From Eledone cirrhosa (lineage: Eukaryota), in the NCBI GenBank assembly GCA_964016885.1, contig OZ024762.1, positions 23,994,001 to 24,058,000 on the forward strand: a stretch of DNA of 64,000 nucleotides, given 5' to 3'. Below the pieces are notes generated by a model that worked only from the letters and a program-made list of their open reading frames with translations, had not been told where the DNA came from and did no database searches. The translations under genes were made by a program, and so were the position numbers. Position 1 is the stretch's first letter. Each line of letters starts with the position of its first letter. Positions 1 to 13,536 of this stretch are shown here, piece after piece.

Positions 1-53
1 CTCTCAATTCATTTATGCTTCGTCGTTCACGTATATTACTGTTACACATCCAT
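1..53 (-). mobile_element. RTE-clade LINE fragment
   Basis: Reverse complement of the segment at ~62668-62722 that encodes WMCNSYIRERQSINEL in the RTE 3' fragment. Confidence 0.7.
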
Positions 54-278
54 CCATATATATATATACAACAGGTCCGAACACAAAGGAACCAAACTTC
101 CACTGTCATTTCCTTCATCTCTCTTGGGCTGTAACAACAACATGATAGGACTGGGGACCTCTATCATTAAAACACCTGAGAAACCTCGTATGAGATGCAT
201 CTTGTAAAAGGCCAGCTAAATTTACATATGTGTGAGCTGTAACAACAACATAATAGGACTGGGGGTCCTTATCATTAA

Positions 279-465
279 CCCTTTAGCATTTAAACTGACT
301 GTATCCAGCCAGAATTCTCTCATTTCTTTCTGTTCAAACCTGTCATAACTGGCCACTCATACTGATGTTAAGGTATTGTTCTCAAAGTAAATAATATCAA
401 AATCTCATAGATTCCATATTATGTGAGGTAAAGCCTTTATTGCGAAAATAATACAATATTAAATA
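279..465. mobile_element. piggyBac-like MITE, truncated copy
   Basis: TTAA|CCCTTTAGCATTTAAAC start; homologous to the full copy at 4680-4887. Confidence 0.7.
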
Positions 466-508
466 TACTAGCAGAAAAACCACCCTCCGGTGGTTTTTCT
501 GCTAGTAT
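465..508. repeat. Perfect 20-bp-arm hairpin with CTAG near both ends (Helitron 3'-end-like)
   Basis: atactagcagaaaaaccacc-ctcc-ggtggtttttctgctagtat. Confidence 0.6.
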
Positions 509-877
509 GTGTAGTGTGTATATTGATATTATACGCAGGTATATATACATGTAGATATGATACATCAAATAAAATCGTAATTGACAATATACACAGAAAT
601 TGAACGAAGACTGCGTTACACTGTCTTATGTAATCAGTAAAGTAATCCATGATACATTTAAATAAGACGATATTATATATAAACTGCATTAGGAGAAAAT
701 TAGTGACGGAAATATATGAATCTTTATTTAAGCGATCGCTACCTGGAAGGAAGTGTTGACATTTGAAAATTCTAAAGAAGGGAATCTTAAAATATGCGAC
801 AAAATTATTTATATTTAATCAAGAATAACGAAATTTAGTAGATAAATTGTGTAATATTCATTCATTATTTACTGAAA

Positions 878-1068
878 GGGGCGGTGGATTGGCAGTATCG
901 GTAGAGGGTCGGACGCCATGCTTTCCAGCATAGTTACGTCCCTTTACGATCTGAGTTCAAATCCCGCCGAGGTTGACTTTGCCTTTCATCCTTACGGGGT
1001 CGATAAAATAAAGTACCAGTAATGCACTGGGGTAATTGCTGGCCTTGTGCCTAAAGTAGAAACAATTA
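878..1068 (+). mobile_element. tRNA-derived SINE (family S1, Meta-domain-like body)
   Basis: A-box-like TGGCAGTATCGG, B-box GAGTTCAAATCC, body gcctttcatccttacggggtcgataaaataaagtaccag, tail gtagaaacaatta; more than 20 copies in window. Confidence 0.85.
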
Positions 1069-1159
1069 TAGTTTAGATAGAGTAAAACATCTGAGAAACC
1101 TCCTATGGCATGCAACCTGTAGGAGGCCAGTTTAAATTACATATGTGTGGGCTGTAACA

Positions 1160-1475
1160 TAATGGAGGTGGTGATAATTATGATGGTGGTGTTGATGATG
1201 TGGAGTGGTGGTAATGATGATCATGGTGGTATGATGATGATGATGATGATGATGGTGTTGGTGATGATGATATTGTTAATGGTAGTGATGATGATGATGA
1301 TGGTAATGTTATTGTTAATAGTGGTGGTGGTTATGATGATGATGGTGGTAATGTTATTGTTAATGGTAGTGGTGATGATGATGATGATGATGTTATTGTT
1401 AATGGTAGTGATGATGATGATGATGATGATGGTGTTATTGTTAATGGTAGTGGTGATGGTGATGATGATGGTGAT
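1160..1475. repeat. (ATG/GTG)n trinucleotide microsatellite
   Basis: Direct inspection; source of the poly-M/V ORF. Confidence 0.95.
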
Positions 1476-1551
1476 ATCTCCTTAATCAGTTGTTCTTTGA
1501 TAGCTTCCTATTAGTGAAATTAATTAGGTCGTGTGTAAAAAAAGAAACCTC

Positions 1552-2333
1552 AAACACACACACACACACACATACATATATATAAACACACACACACATA
1601 CATATATATAAACACACACACACATACATATAAACACACATATATACATATATACATATATATATAAACACACACACACATACATACATATATATAAACA
1701 CACATATATACATATATATAAACACACACACACATACATATATATAAACACACACACACATACATATAAACACACATATATACATATATACATATATATA
1801 TAAACACACACACACATACATACATATATATAAACACACATATATACATATATATAAACACACACACACATACATATATATAAACACACACACACATACA
1901 TATATATAAACACACATATATACATATATATAAACACACACACATACATATATATAAACACACATATATACATATATAAACACACACACACATACATATA
2001 TATACACACACACATATATATAAACACACACACATACATATAAACACACACATACATATATATAAACACACACACACACATACATATATATAAACACACA
2101 CACACATACATATATATAAACACACTCACACATACATATATATAAACGTACACACACATATATATAAACACACATATATACATATATATAAACACACACA
2201 CACACACATACATATATATAAACACACACATATATACATATATATATATAAACACACATATATACATATATATATAAACACACATATACACATATATATA
2301 AACACACATATATATACATATATATATAAACAC
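1552..2333. repeat. Compound (CA)n/(TA)n microsatellite
   Basis: Direct inspection. Confidence 0.95.
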
Positions 2334-2340
2334 AGAAATT

Positions 2341-3605
2341 CATCATCATCGTTTAACGTCCATCTTCCACGCTTGCATGGGTTTGGACGGGAGGTTTCCC
2401 ACTTGAGGCAAGAGTGGTTGCCTTGCTCGTATAGGACTGTCTGGCGGGTTTTCTACGGCTGGATGCCCTTCCTAACACCAACCACGTTTACAGTGTGGAC
2501 TGGGAGGTTTTTACCGTGTTACCTACACGGCCACATTACAGCATGGACTGTGTATTTTTTTGTCGTGACACCTACACGTCTGGCAGGTTTTCTACGGCTG
2601 GATGCCCTTCCTAACACCAACCACATTTACAATGTGAACTGGGAGGTTTTTACCGTGTTACCTACACGGCCACATTACAGCGTGGACTGTGTGTTTTATT
2701 GTCGTGACACCTACACGTCTGGCGGGTTTTCTACAGCTGGATGCCCTTCCTAACACCAACCACATTTACAGTGTGGGGCTGGGAGGTTTTTACCATGTTA
2801 CCTACACGGCCACATTACAGCGTGGTCTGTGTGTTTTTTTTTGTTGTGACACCTACAAGTCTGGTGGGTTTTCTACGGCTGGATGCCCTTCCTAACACCA
2901 ACCACGTTTACAGTGTGGGGCTGGGAGGTTTTTACCATGTTACCTACACGGCCACATTACAGCGTGGTCTGTGTGTTTTTTTTTGTTGTGACACCTACAC
3001 GTCTGGCGGGTTTTCTACGGCTGTATGCCCTTCCTAACACCAACCACATTTACAGTGTGGAACTGGGAGGTTTTTACCGTGTTACCTACACGGCCACATT
3101 ACAGCGTGGACTGTGTTTTTTTGTTGTGACACCTACACGTCTGGCAGGTTTTCTACGGCTGGATGCCCTTCCTAACACCAACCACGTTTACAGTGTGGGG
3201 CTGGGAGGTTTTTACCATGTTACCTACACGGCCACATTACAGCATGGTCTGTGTGTTTTTTCTTGTTGTGACACCTACAAGTCTGGTGGGTTTTCTACGG
3301 CTGGATGCCCTTCCTAACACCAACCACGTTTACAGTGTGGGGCTGGGAGGTTTTTACCGTGTTACCTACACGGCCACATTACAGCGTGGTCTGTGTGTTT
3401 TTTTGTCGTGACACCTACACGACCTCATTTATTTCGGACTGGATGTTGTGGTACCAACATAACTTCACATTTAAGGGGGTGGTGGGACGGGGGTGTATTT
3501 TTGTTAGAGGTGCCTACTGACTGTAGGTTTCGCTTTGTACTTAGGCAAGGTGGGTCTTCTGTATGACTGTGTAGCGCCAAAGATCTCGGTCCAGTGACAT
3601 TGTCA
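2341..3605 (-). mobile_element. RTE LINE 3' end with 7 tandem ~140-bp copies of its 3' UTR (2439-3420)
   Basis: (GAT)n tail, gaagggcatccagccgtagaaaa motif, ORF end SLDRDLWRYTVIQKT as at 9818-10422; unit starts 2439, 2578, 2717, 2859, 3001, 3139, 3281. Confidence 0.85.
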
Positions 3606-3824
3606 CTCACATATGCTTATGTACATACATACACACAAATATTTGCACTCACATACATATATATAAATATATACATACATGTATACATATGTACACAGAT
3701 CAATGTATGTACACACATATGCCCATTCTCTTTCTCTCTCTCTCGCTTATATATATATATATATATATATATCAGGGGCGAAGGGTCCGTGCATGCAACG
3801 CATGCAGTGCATGTGTTATAGAAT

Positions 3825-4565
3825 CTTGTACATATAAACACACATGTACATACACACACACATGTACATACACACACACATGTACATATAAACACACATG
3901 TACATACACACACATGTACATGCACACACACATGTACATACACACACACATGTACATACACACACATGTACACACACACACACATGTACATACACACACA
4001 CATGTACATATAAACACACATGTACATACACACACATGTACATACATACGCACATGTACATACACACACACATGTACATGCACACACACATGTACATACA
4101 CACACATGTACATACACACATGTACATACACACACACATGTACATACACACACATGTACACACACACACATACATACACACACACATGTACATACACACA
4201 CATGTACATACACACACATGTACATATACACACACACATACATACATGTACACACATATGTACACACATATGTACATACACACATACATGTACACATGTA
4301 CACACACATGTACATACACAGATACATGTACACACACACATGTACACACACATGTACATACACATACATGTACATACACACGCACATACATGTACACACT
4401 TACATATGTACACACATATGTACATACACACACACATGTACACACACACACATGTACACACACGTGTACATACACACATACATGTACACACATGTACACA
4501 CATATGTACATACATGTACATACACACACACATGTACACATGTACACACACACATGTACACATGT
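3825..4565. repeat. ACATGTAC/(CA)n compound microsatellite
   Basis: Direct inspection. Confidence 0.95.
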
Positions 4566-4679
4566 AACATGGCTGATGCCCCTATTATTAAGACACCTGA
4601 AACTACTCAAACTCCTTGGAGGCCAGCTAAACCAACATGTGTGGACCTATAACAATGAAGCGGGGGCCCCCATTATTAA

Positions 4680-4887
4680 CCCTTTAGCATTTAAACAGGC
4701 CATATCCAGCTAGAATCCTCTCACCTCTTTCTGTTTAAACCGGCCGTAACTGGCCACTCATACTGATGTTAAGGTATTGATCTCAAAATGAATAAAATCA
4801 AAATTTCGTAGATGAGATTTTATGTAATATAAAGCCTTTACCACAAAAATACAATAGTAAATATAGAGTAATGTAAATGGTAAGGGG
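4680..4887. mobile_element. piggyBac-like MITE, full length, TTAA TSD
   Basis: TTAA|CCCTTTAGCATTTA ... TAAATGGTAAGGGG|TTAA; empty-site paralogue attattaagacacctga at ~4585. Confidence 0.85.
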
Positions 4888-4916
4888 TTAAGACATCTGA
4901 AAACCCTCCTTTAAAA

Positions 4917-5540
4917 ATAATAATGAAATTATTGTGTACAGTGCTCAGGTGCACTACAACTCATCAAAGGTGCATGTATAGTACATAGAATAATATACAA
5001 ATGTCAGGGAAGTGAATAGTGTATGAGTCATGATATACATGTGTGTATGTGTATGGAGGGGGAATATTAGGTGAAGTGTTGGCGAATCTCAGGAAGCATG
5101 GAGGTTTTAAAGGATGCAGTGTCTCGACAACTAATAACTGATGCAGGGAGTTTGTTCCATGGAGGTTTTAAAGGATGCAGTGTCTCGACAGCTAACAACT
5201 GATGAAGGTAGTTTGTTCCATGGAGGTTTTAAAGGATACAGTGACTCGACAGCTAAAAACTGATGCAGGGAGTTTGTTCCATGGAGGTTTTAAAGGATGC
5301 AGTGTCTCGACAGCTAACAACTGATGCAGGGAGTTTGTTCCATGGAGGTTTTAAAGGATGCAGTGTCTCGACAGCTAATAACTGATGCAGGGAGTTTGTT
5401 CCATGGAGGTTTTAAAGGATGCAGTGTCTCGACAGCTAATAACTGATGCAGGGAGTTTGTTCCATGGAGGTTTTAAAGGATGCAGTGTCTCGACAGCTAA
5501 AAACTGATGCAGGGAGTTTGTTCCATGCTTCAGCAACTCT
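4917..5540 (-). mobile_element. CR1-like LINE 3' end containing a 7x 61-bp tandem array (5097-5527)
   Basis: Minus strand encodes RVAEAWNKLPASV..CRDTASFKTSM, typical CR1 ORF2 C-terminus (WN.LP...FK). Confidence 0.75.
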
Positions 5541-5674
5541 AAACTCAGAGGAGGTGAGCTAAACATACATATGTAAACTTATAACAACATTAACAAGAAT
5601 AATGAGGTCCTTATTAAAATACTGGAAAAGTCTCTTAAAACATGCAATCTTATAAGAAGCCAGCAAAGTGCCTC

Positions 5675-5768
5675 GGTTGTTAGCTGTCAGGACACTGCAT
5701 CCTTCAAAACTTCCATGCTTCCTGAAATTCGCCAACATAACACCTGATATTCCCCCTCCATACACACA
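5675..5768 (+). mobile_element. CR1-like LINE 3' fragment, inverted relative to 4917-5540
   Basis: Reverse complement of ~5048-5140. Confidence 0.75.
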
Positions 5769-5789
5769 CGTGTAGGTAGATATCCAAAT

Positions 5790-5996
5790 AGAGATCCAGA
5801 GTTGACACTACACTCAGTGCTCCTGTGGGAGCCCCTGCATGGACACACTGGAAGAGGGAGACCGAGGTTAACGTATGTTGATGCCCTAAGGACAGACACT
5901 GGTCTCTTGGAGGTGCAGGACATGGCAGCGATAATGAGGGACAGAGACCGCTGGAGAGAACTCATCCATGGATCTCAGGAATTTTACCCGCCTTAG
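5790..5996 (+). mobile_element. RTE-clade LINE ORF C-terminus
   Basis: VLLWEPLHGHTGRGRPRLTYVDAL...RDRDRWR (GRP and DR..WR motifs). Confidence 0.8.
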
Positions 5997-6002
5997 ATAT
6001 GC

Positions 6003-6039
<37 letters not shown>

Positions 6040-6085
6040 TGGAATTAGATAGATAAATACATATATAGAGAGAGAGAGATAGATA

Positions 6086-6164
6086 TTGGGTCAAGTATGA
6101 AATTTGTAGAAATTTTGTTGTTTTTTTCCACAAATTTCTACAAATTTCATACTTGACGATCCAA
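6086..6164. mobile_element. ~80-bp Tc1/mariner-type fold-back MITE (second copy 17921-17997)
   Basis: TA|TTGGGTCAAGTATGAAATTTGTAG...CTACAAATTTCATACTTGACGATCCAA|TA. Confidence 0.75.
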
Positions 6165-6183
6165 TAGATATGTAGGTAGATAG

Positions 6184-6226
<43 letters not shown>

Positions 6227-6479
6227 CGGAAAAAATGAAACGAAATTTCATTTCCCACTCTTAGTACGGCTGTTACTTAAATATAAGTATGTACACGTAC
6301 ATACATATATGTATACAGACGTACAGTAGTATGTATATATATATATATACATACATGCACACATATATACATGTACGTATGGATTCACCGAACATTTATT
6401 ATAATGCTCAGTGTGTTTGTAAACAAACATCCCGTATTAAGCCGTAGTGTCTAGCAACCAACGTTGCTCGTTTGTTCAA

Positions 6480-7350
6480 TATAGATATCTAGATATTTAT
6501 ATCTAGATATCTAGATATCTATCATGATAGATATTTAAATATAGATATCTATCTAGATATCTATCTAGATATCTATCATGATATATAGATATCTATCTAG
6601 ATATCATGATAGATATCTAGATAGATATCTATATATCATGATAGATATCTAGATAGATATCTATATATCATGATAGATATCTAGATAGATATCTATATAT
6701 CATGATAGATATCTAGATAGATATCTATATATCATGATAGATATCATGATAGATATCTATATATCATGATAGATATCTAGATAGATATCTATATATCATG
6801 ATATGTTTCTTTTATTTGCCACCAGGGCATCAAAAGTGGGACAAGTACAAAGGGGGGGAGTTTACACAAAAAGGCGTCCTCAATAAGGAGGAGGCAATAA
6901 CAAAATATAAAAATAAAATAAAATATAACAAAAAATAAAATTTATAACAAAATCCTCAATAGAGAGGAGGCGCCTTGGGGGGTCGCACACACCCCCGAAA
7001 AAAGTGTGCAACCCTTTTCCTCAGGAGCACAGAGAGGGGTGCTCCCTCGTGCCTTCCTCTTTTCCACCTACAGGCTTATGTAAAGAGAAAGCCCATTCAC
7101 ACGGGCCATTCTCGCCACTTTCACCCACCTTTCATAAAAACGACTGGGGTGGAGCACCTCTCTCTCCATCCTGATCCGTCTTCCGAAATGATATCGGAAG
7201 AAACGGACCAGTTGTTGGCCAGAGATATCTAGATAGATATCTATATATCTAGATAGATATCTATATATCTAGATAGATATCTAGATATCTATCTATATAT
7301 CTAGATAGATATCTAGATATCTATCTATATATCTATCTAGATATCTAGAT
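6480..7350. repeat. Self-complementary GATATCTA satellite (32-bp unit), split by a LINE insertion
   Basis: Unit atagatatctagatagatatctatatatcatg; resumes at ~7222 after insertion. Confidence 0.85.
6806..7200 (-). mobile_element. Tx1/L1-like LINE 3' end
   Basis: Minus strand RIRMEREVLHPSRFYERWVKVARMARVNG; homologues at 56440-56645 and 59730-60040; clade call by resemblance. Confidence 0.6.
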
Positions 7351-7659
7351 AAGTAGAGAGGTAGGTAGATATAAATACACAGAAACATAGATAATATATA
7401 CTGGAACATTGATAAATTATCTACAAACAGATCAATATATAGAGTCAGAGAGAGGGGGGGGGGGTACATTGGTAATATAGAGAAGGGGAGAGATAGACAG
7501 AGGAAGAGAGTGAGAGAGAGTGAGAAGGGGGAAGAAGAGTGGTAAGATAGAGAGAAGGAGAGAGAAAGAAAAATTAGAGAGAAGGAGAGAAAAACTGAAA
7601 GTTAAAGAAATTAAGGTAGAAGAATTTATGTCAGAATTTTGACAGACAGAAGAGGGGGG

Positions 7660-8154
7660 TATGTGTGTGTTTGTATATGTGTGTATGTATGTGTTTGTAT
7701 ATGTGTGTATGTGTGTGTGTGTTTGTATATGTGTGTTTGTATGTGTGTGTGTTTGTATATGTGTGCGTGTGTGTGTGTTTGTATATGTGTGCGTGTGTGT
7801 GTGTTTGTATATATGTGTGTGTTTGTTTGTATATATGTGTGTGTGTGTTTGTTTGTATGTGTGTGTGTTTGTATATGTGTGTGTATGTGTGTGTTTGTAT
7901 GTGTGTGTATGTGTGTGTGTGTATGTGTGTGTGGATGTGTGTGTGGATGTGTGTGTTTGTATGTGTGTGGCTGTGTGTGTGTTTGTATATGTGTGTGTAT
8001 GTGTGTGTGTTTGTATATGTTTGTGTGTGTGTCTTTGTGTGTGTTTCTGCAAATGTGTGTTTTTGTACATGTCTTTGTGTATGTATCTGCATGTGTGTGC
8101 ATGTGTACATATCCTTGTGTGTGCGTGTGTGTGTGCACATCTGCATATATGTTA

Positions 8155-8200
<46 letters not shown>

Positions 8201-8440
8201 TTGTGTGTGTGTATCTGCATATGTGTCAATGAATATATATATTCTTGTGTGTGTATCTACATATGTTTGACTGTATATATGTTGTGTGTTTGTGTGTGTG
8301 TACCTGCATGTGTATGTATGTGTGTGTCTGTACCTGCATGTGTGTACCTGCATGTGTGTGTCTGTGTGGTGACAAGTCAAATAGAACAGTTAAAGATTAT
8401 TACTTAAATATTGACAGGTATGTATGTAAACATGTAGGTG

Positions 8441-8485
<45 letters not shown>

Positions 8486-8568
8486 TATATACATATATAT
8501 ATATACATATATATATTTATACACATATATATATATATATATGTATAAATATATATATATATTTATAC

Positions 8569-8599
<31 letters not shown>

Positions 8600-8762
8600 C
8601 ATATATATATTTATACACATATATATATATATATGTATAAATATATATATATATTTATACATATATATATATATATACATATATATATTTATACATATAT
8701 ATATATACATACATATATATATTTATATACATATATATATTTATACATATATATATTTATAC

Positions 8763-8847
<85 letters not shown>

Positions 8848-8900
8848 CATACATATATATATTTATATACATATATATATTTATACATATATATATATAG
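7660..8900. repeat. (TG)n and (TA)n compound microsatellites
   Basis: Direct inspection. Confidence 0.95.
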
Positions 8901-9085
8901 GTCCATATCATTCCACTGCAAAGTGGTCGTGTAGGTGCCACGGCAAAAAAGCACCCAGCACTCACTGTAAATGAAGTTGGTGTTAGGAAGGGCATCCAGC
9001 TGTAGAAATCAAGCCAGAATCAGTTCCCGTCTCACCCTTGCAAGCAGGGAAAAAGCGGACGTAAAATGAAATGAAATGATGATGA
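8900..9085 (+). mobile_element. 3' half of CORE-type SINE with RTE-like tail
   Basis: Reverse complement of ~20933-21115; ends ggacgtaaaatgaaatgaaatgatgatg. Confidence 0.8.
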
Positions 9086-9396
9086 TACATACATATATAT
9101 ATTTATATAAATATATATATTTATACATATATATATATATATATATATACATACATATATATATATATATACATATATATATTTATATACATATATATAT
9201 TTATACATATATATATTGATATACATATATATATATACATACACATATTTATATACATATATATATTTATACATATATATATATACATATATATATTTAT
9301 ACATATATATATATACATATATATATTTATACATATATATATATACATATATATATTTATGCATAATATAGATATATAAATCGAAAGATAGCATAC

Positions 9397-9447
9397 AGGA
9401 GTTTTAACGAAAGGACAATTTAACCTCATAAGAAATGTTTTGAAAAC
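9397..9447 (-). CDS. Candidate 51-nt internal exon ([17 protein letters not shown])
   Basis: Acceptor ctttctcccttctAG, donor GTATGC, one open frame, unique sequence. Confidence 0.25.
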
Positions 9448-9589
9448 CTAGAAGGGAGAAAGCAGGCTTTGCTAAAATCAATTTTTTCTACATGTTACAA
9501 ATATACTTTTTTATATATACCATGTGTGCTTTTCAAACCCCTTTTTTAAAAAATCATTTTCCTTACATATATATATACAGTATATATAC

Positions 9590-9632
<43 letters not shown>

Positions 9633-9777
9633 AGAACAAAAGATGGTTAAAAGAGTTCCATGTATTTTATTATGTGCATTTCTTATATATTATGTATACT
9701 CCAGTCCTACAAACTGTAGAGTGCTTCTTATCCGATATCTGCATTGCTTTATTGTACTACAATAAAACTCACCTCCT

Positions 9778-9817
<40 letters not shown>

Positions 9818-9823
<6 letters not shown>

Positions 9824-10422
9824 TAAGAGGGATCAGATTTTGTTTACTCGAGAGAAGACTACGTTGGTATGGTCACGTGATGCACATGAAAGACGACAGC
9901 TGTATAAAAAAGTGCAGGGCAATAAAAATAGACGGTAGCCATGGAGTAGGCAGACCCAGAAAAACCTGGGATGACTTGATAAATTCCGACCTCACACACT
10001 TACATCTCTCCAAGTCAATGTCACTGGACCGAGATCTTTGGCGCTACACAGTCATACAGAAGACCCGCCTTACCTAAGTACAAAATGAAACCTACTACAG
10101 TCAGTAGGCACCTCTAACAAAAATACACCCCCCGTCCCACTACCCCCACCCCATCCACACCACCCCTTCCAATGTAAAGTTGGTACCACAACATCCAGTC
10201 CGAAAAACACAGTCCACGCTGTAATGTGGCCGTGTAGGTAACACGGTAAAAACCTCCCAGTTCACACTGTAAATGTGGTTGGTGTTAGGAAGGGCATCCA
10301 GCCGTAGAAAACCCGCCAGACAGTTCTATGCGAGCAAGACAACCACTCTTGCCTCAAGTGGGAAAACTCCCGTCCAAACCCATGCAAGTGTGGAAGATGG
10401 ACGTTAAACGATGATGATGATG
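9818..10422 (+). mobile_element. RTE LINE 3' end
   Basis: RLRWYGHVMHMKDDSCIKKC...GVGRPRKTW...DRDLWR, then 3' UTR and (GAT)n tail. Confidence 0.9.
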
Positions 10423-10468
<46 letters not shown>

Positions 10469-10611
10469 ATATAAGCAAAAGGGATATTCAATTTGTTGGT
10501 AATTCAACAAATATAAATGTTTATAACTGATTTAGAGCACTCAACAAGTTTTCTGGAGTATAATATTCAATGATATTAAATAAATGGAAACTATATTTAT
10601 AAAACCATATT

Positions 10612-10670
10612 TATTCTATTACATATATTTCAATGGTACCAAAACTTTGGTACGCCCTCATCAGATAAAA
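10612..10670 (-). ncRNA. Type I hammerhead ribozyme motif, family A
   Basis: ttttat-CTGATGA-gggcgtacca aagttt tggtaccatt-GAAA-tatatg-TA-atagaa; stems I and II pair. Confidence 0.7.
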
Positions 10671-10874
10671 GTTTTTTTATAAATTTTAACATAACCAAGA
10701 AAAAGATAGCTTAACGGTTCAAGTTTTCCTTGGATATATATATAATAACAGATTAAGGGTTAAGCAAAGAATCGCTGCTTTCACCATTATAGGGATCTTC
10801 TGAAACTTTATATAAATATATATATAATCCTTATCGAGACATCTTCGGATTTTAGTCGTCACATTTAATATTAC

Positions 10875-10941
<67 letters not shown>

Positions 10942-11089
10942 CGTTTAATTGGAGGTAACCACAGTAAGTAAGGTACTCAATACAGAGCAGAGTATACATT
11001 TTTATTATAGAAATGGTTTCTACAGGATGATTTCCTTCGCATGAAACAGTTCTAGTCCTGTAGAAGCCATTTCTATATTAAGCATTTCT

Positions 11090-11486
11090 CTCTCTCTCTC
11101 TCTCTCTCACACTTCTCTCTCACTCTCACTCTCACACTTCTCTCTCACTCCTCTCTCACACTTTCACTCTCTCTCACACTCTCTATGACACCCTTTCTCT
11201 CTCACACTTTTTCTCTCTCTCACACTTTTTCTCTCTCTCACACTTTCTCTCTCTCTCACACTTTCACTCTCCCTCTCACTTCTCTCACACACCCTCTCTC
11301 TCGCTCACACCCTCTCTCTCTGTCTCCCTCTCTCTCTCAAACATACACCTACCTTTTCACCTAACAATACTAAAGGAATTAGGCAGGTGTCAAGCCTACA
11401 ATGGTAGATTGTGACATTTCTGGTAGCAAAGCGAAGGGGAGAGATGAGGAGTGATGAGGAAGAGGCAGAGGTGTCTTTGTGAGCAC

Positions 11487-11542
<56 letters not shown>

Positions 11543-11573
11543 TAGCGTGGAAGATATACGTTAAACGAAGATG

Positions 11574-11605
<32 letters not shown>

Positions 11606-11658
11606 CTCTATATATATCTTTTTTTATACACTTCTATATGTGTGTCTCTCTCTCTCTC

Positions 11659-11689
<31 letters not shown>

Positions 11690-12125
11690 ATATATATATG
11701 TATGTATCTGTGTGTGTACATGTATACATATATATGTGTATGTGTGTGTGTGTGTGTATATATATGTATGTATCTGTGTGTGTACATGTATACATATATA
11801 TGTGTATGTGTGTGTGTGTGTGTATATATATGTATGTATCTGTGTGTGTACATGTATACATATATATGTGTATGTGTGTGTGTGTGTATATATATGTATG
11901 TATCTGTGTGTGTACATGTATACATATATATGTGTATGTGTGTGTGTGTGTATATATATATGTATGTATCTGTGTGTGTACATGTATACATATATATGTG
12001 TATGTGTGTGTGTGTGTGTATATATATATGTATGTATCTGTGTGTGTACATGTATACATATATATGTGTGTGTGTATATATATATATATGTATGTATGTA
12101 TCTGTGTGTGTACATGTATACATAC

Positions 12126-12197
<72 letters not shown>

Positions 12198-12292
12198 GTA
12201 TCTGTGTGTGTACATGTATACATATATATGTGTGTGTGTGTATGTGTGTATATATATGTATGTATCTGTGTGTGTACATGTATACATATATA

Positions 12293-12339
<47 letters not shown>

Positions 12340-12366
12340 CTGTGTGTGTACATGTATACATATATA

Positions 12367-12413
<47 letters not shown>

Positions 12414-12504
12414 CTGTGTGTGTACATGTATACATATATATGTGTGTGTGTGTATGTGTGTATATATATGTATGTATCTGTGTGTGTACATGTATACATA
12501 TATA

Positions 12505-12573
<69 letters not shown>

Positions 12574-12610
12574 CTGTGTGTGTACATGTATACATATATA
12601 TGTGTGTGTG
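11090..12610. repeat. (CT)n, (TA)n and (TG)n compound microsatellites
   Basis: Direct inspection. Confidence 0.9.
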
Positions 12611-12698
12611 TTTGTAAAGGGAGAGAAATAGTGAGGAGGGAGGAAAAGTGTGAAATTAGTTCCAGAATTTTATAAGTTGGCTTATTTCAAATGAGACA

Positions 12699-12712
12699 GT
12701 TGCCATGGTAAC
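12699..12712. promoter_or_regulatory. RFX X-box-like motif
   Basis: GTTGCCATGGTAAC matches GTNRCC(N0-3)RGYAAC, in a unique island. Confidence 0.4.
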
Positions 12713-13023
12713 ATACCAAAATATATGTTCACCTCATATTTTCACATTGATGTGTCTCTTGGTACCATGTGAAGGTGTGACTATACATATATCTATAATA
12801 GTGTGTATATAGATATAAATATATAGATATATATATACACAATATTCAAATTTCTCTATATGTATACACACAAAGTTGAATAATGTGTATACGTCTCAAC
12901 TAATATCTCATCATCATCATCATCACCGTTTTACGTCCGTTCTTCCATGCTAGCATGGGTTAGACAGGTTGTCCTGTTGCGGGCAGTGTCCTGTCGGCTG
13001 ACCTTGTCTTGCTCATCCATCCA

Positions 13024-13147
<124 letters not shown>

Positions 13148-13269
13148 AGCAGCGATTCTTTGCTTAAACTTTAATCTGTTATTTTAATAAATATATATAT
13201 ATATATATGTATATGTATATATATATATACAATATTAACAAATGGAAACTATATTTATAAAACCATATT

Positions 13270-13334
13270 TATTTCATTATACATATTTCAAGGACACCAA
13301 GTTAAATTATGGTGTGCTTTCATCAGATAAAATA
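13270..13334 (-). ncRNA. Type I hammerhead ribozyme motif, family A
   Basis: tattttat-CTGATGA-aagcacacca taatttaact tggtgtcctt-GAAA-tatgta-TA-atgaaata; lies between inverted arms 13232-13258 and 13404-13430. Confidence 0.75.
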
Positions 13335-13536
13335 TAATATAGAGCAGTTTTATAAATAAATATTGACATACCCTTAAAGAATGCGACCATTACTGTTGGA
13401 ATAATAAATATAGTTTCCATTTGTTAATATCGTATTTTTACTCCAATAATTTGTTGAGTGCTTTATATCAGTTATAAAAATATTTGCTTGTTGTATCCCA
13501 ACAATTTAAATAGAACTTCTACATATATATATATAT

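Noticed and set aside
878-1068. tRNA gene
   Set aside because: A/B boxes belong to a multi-copy SINE with body and tail
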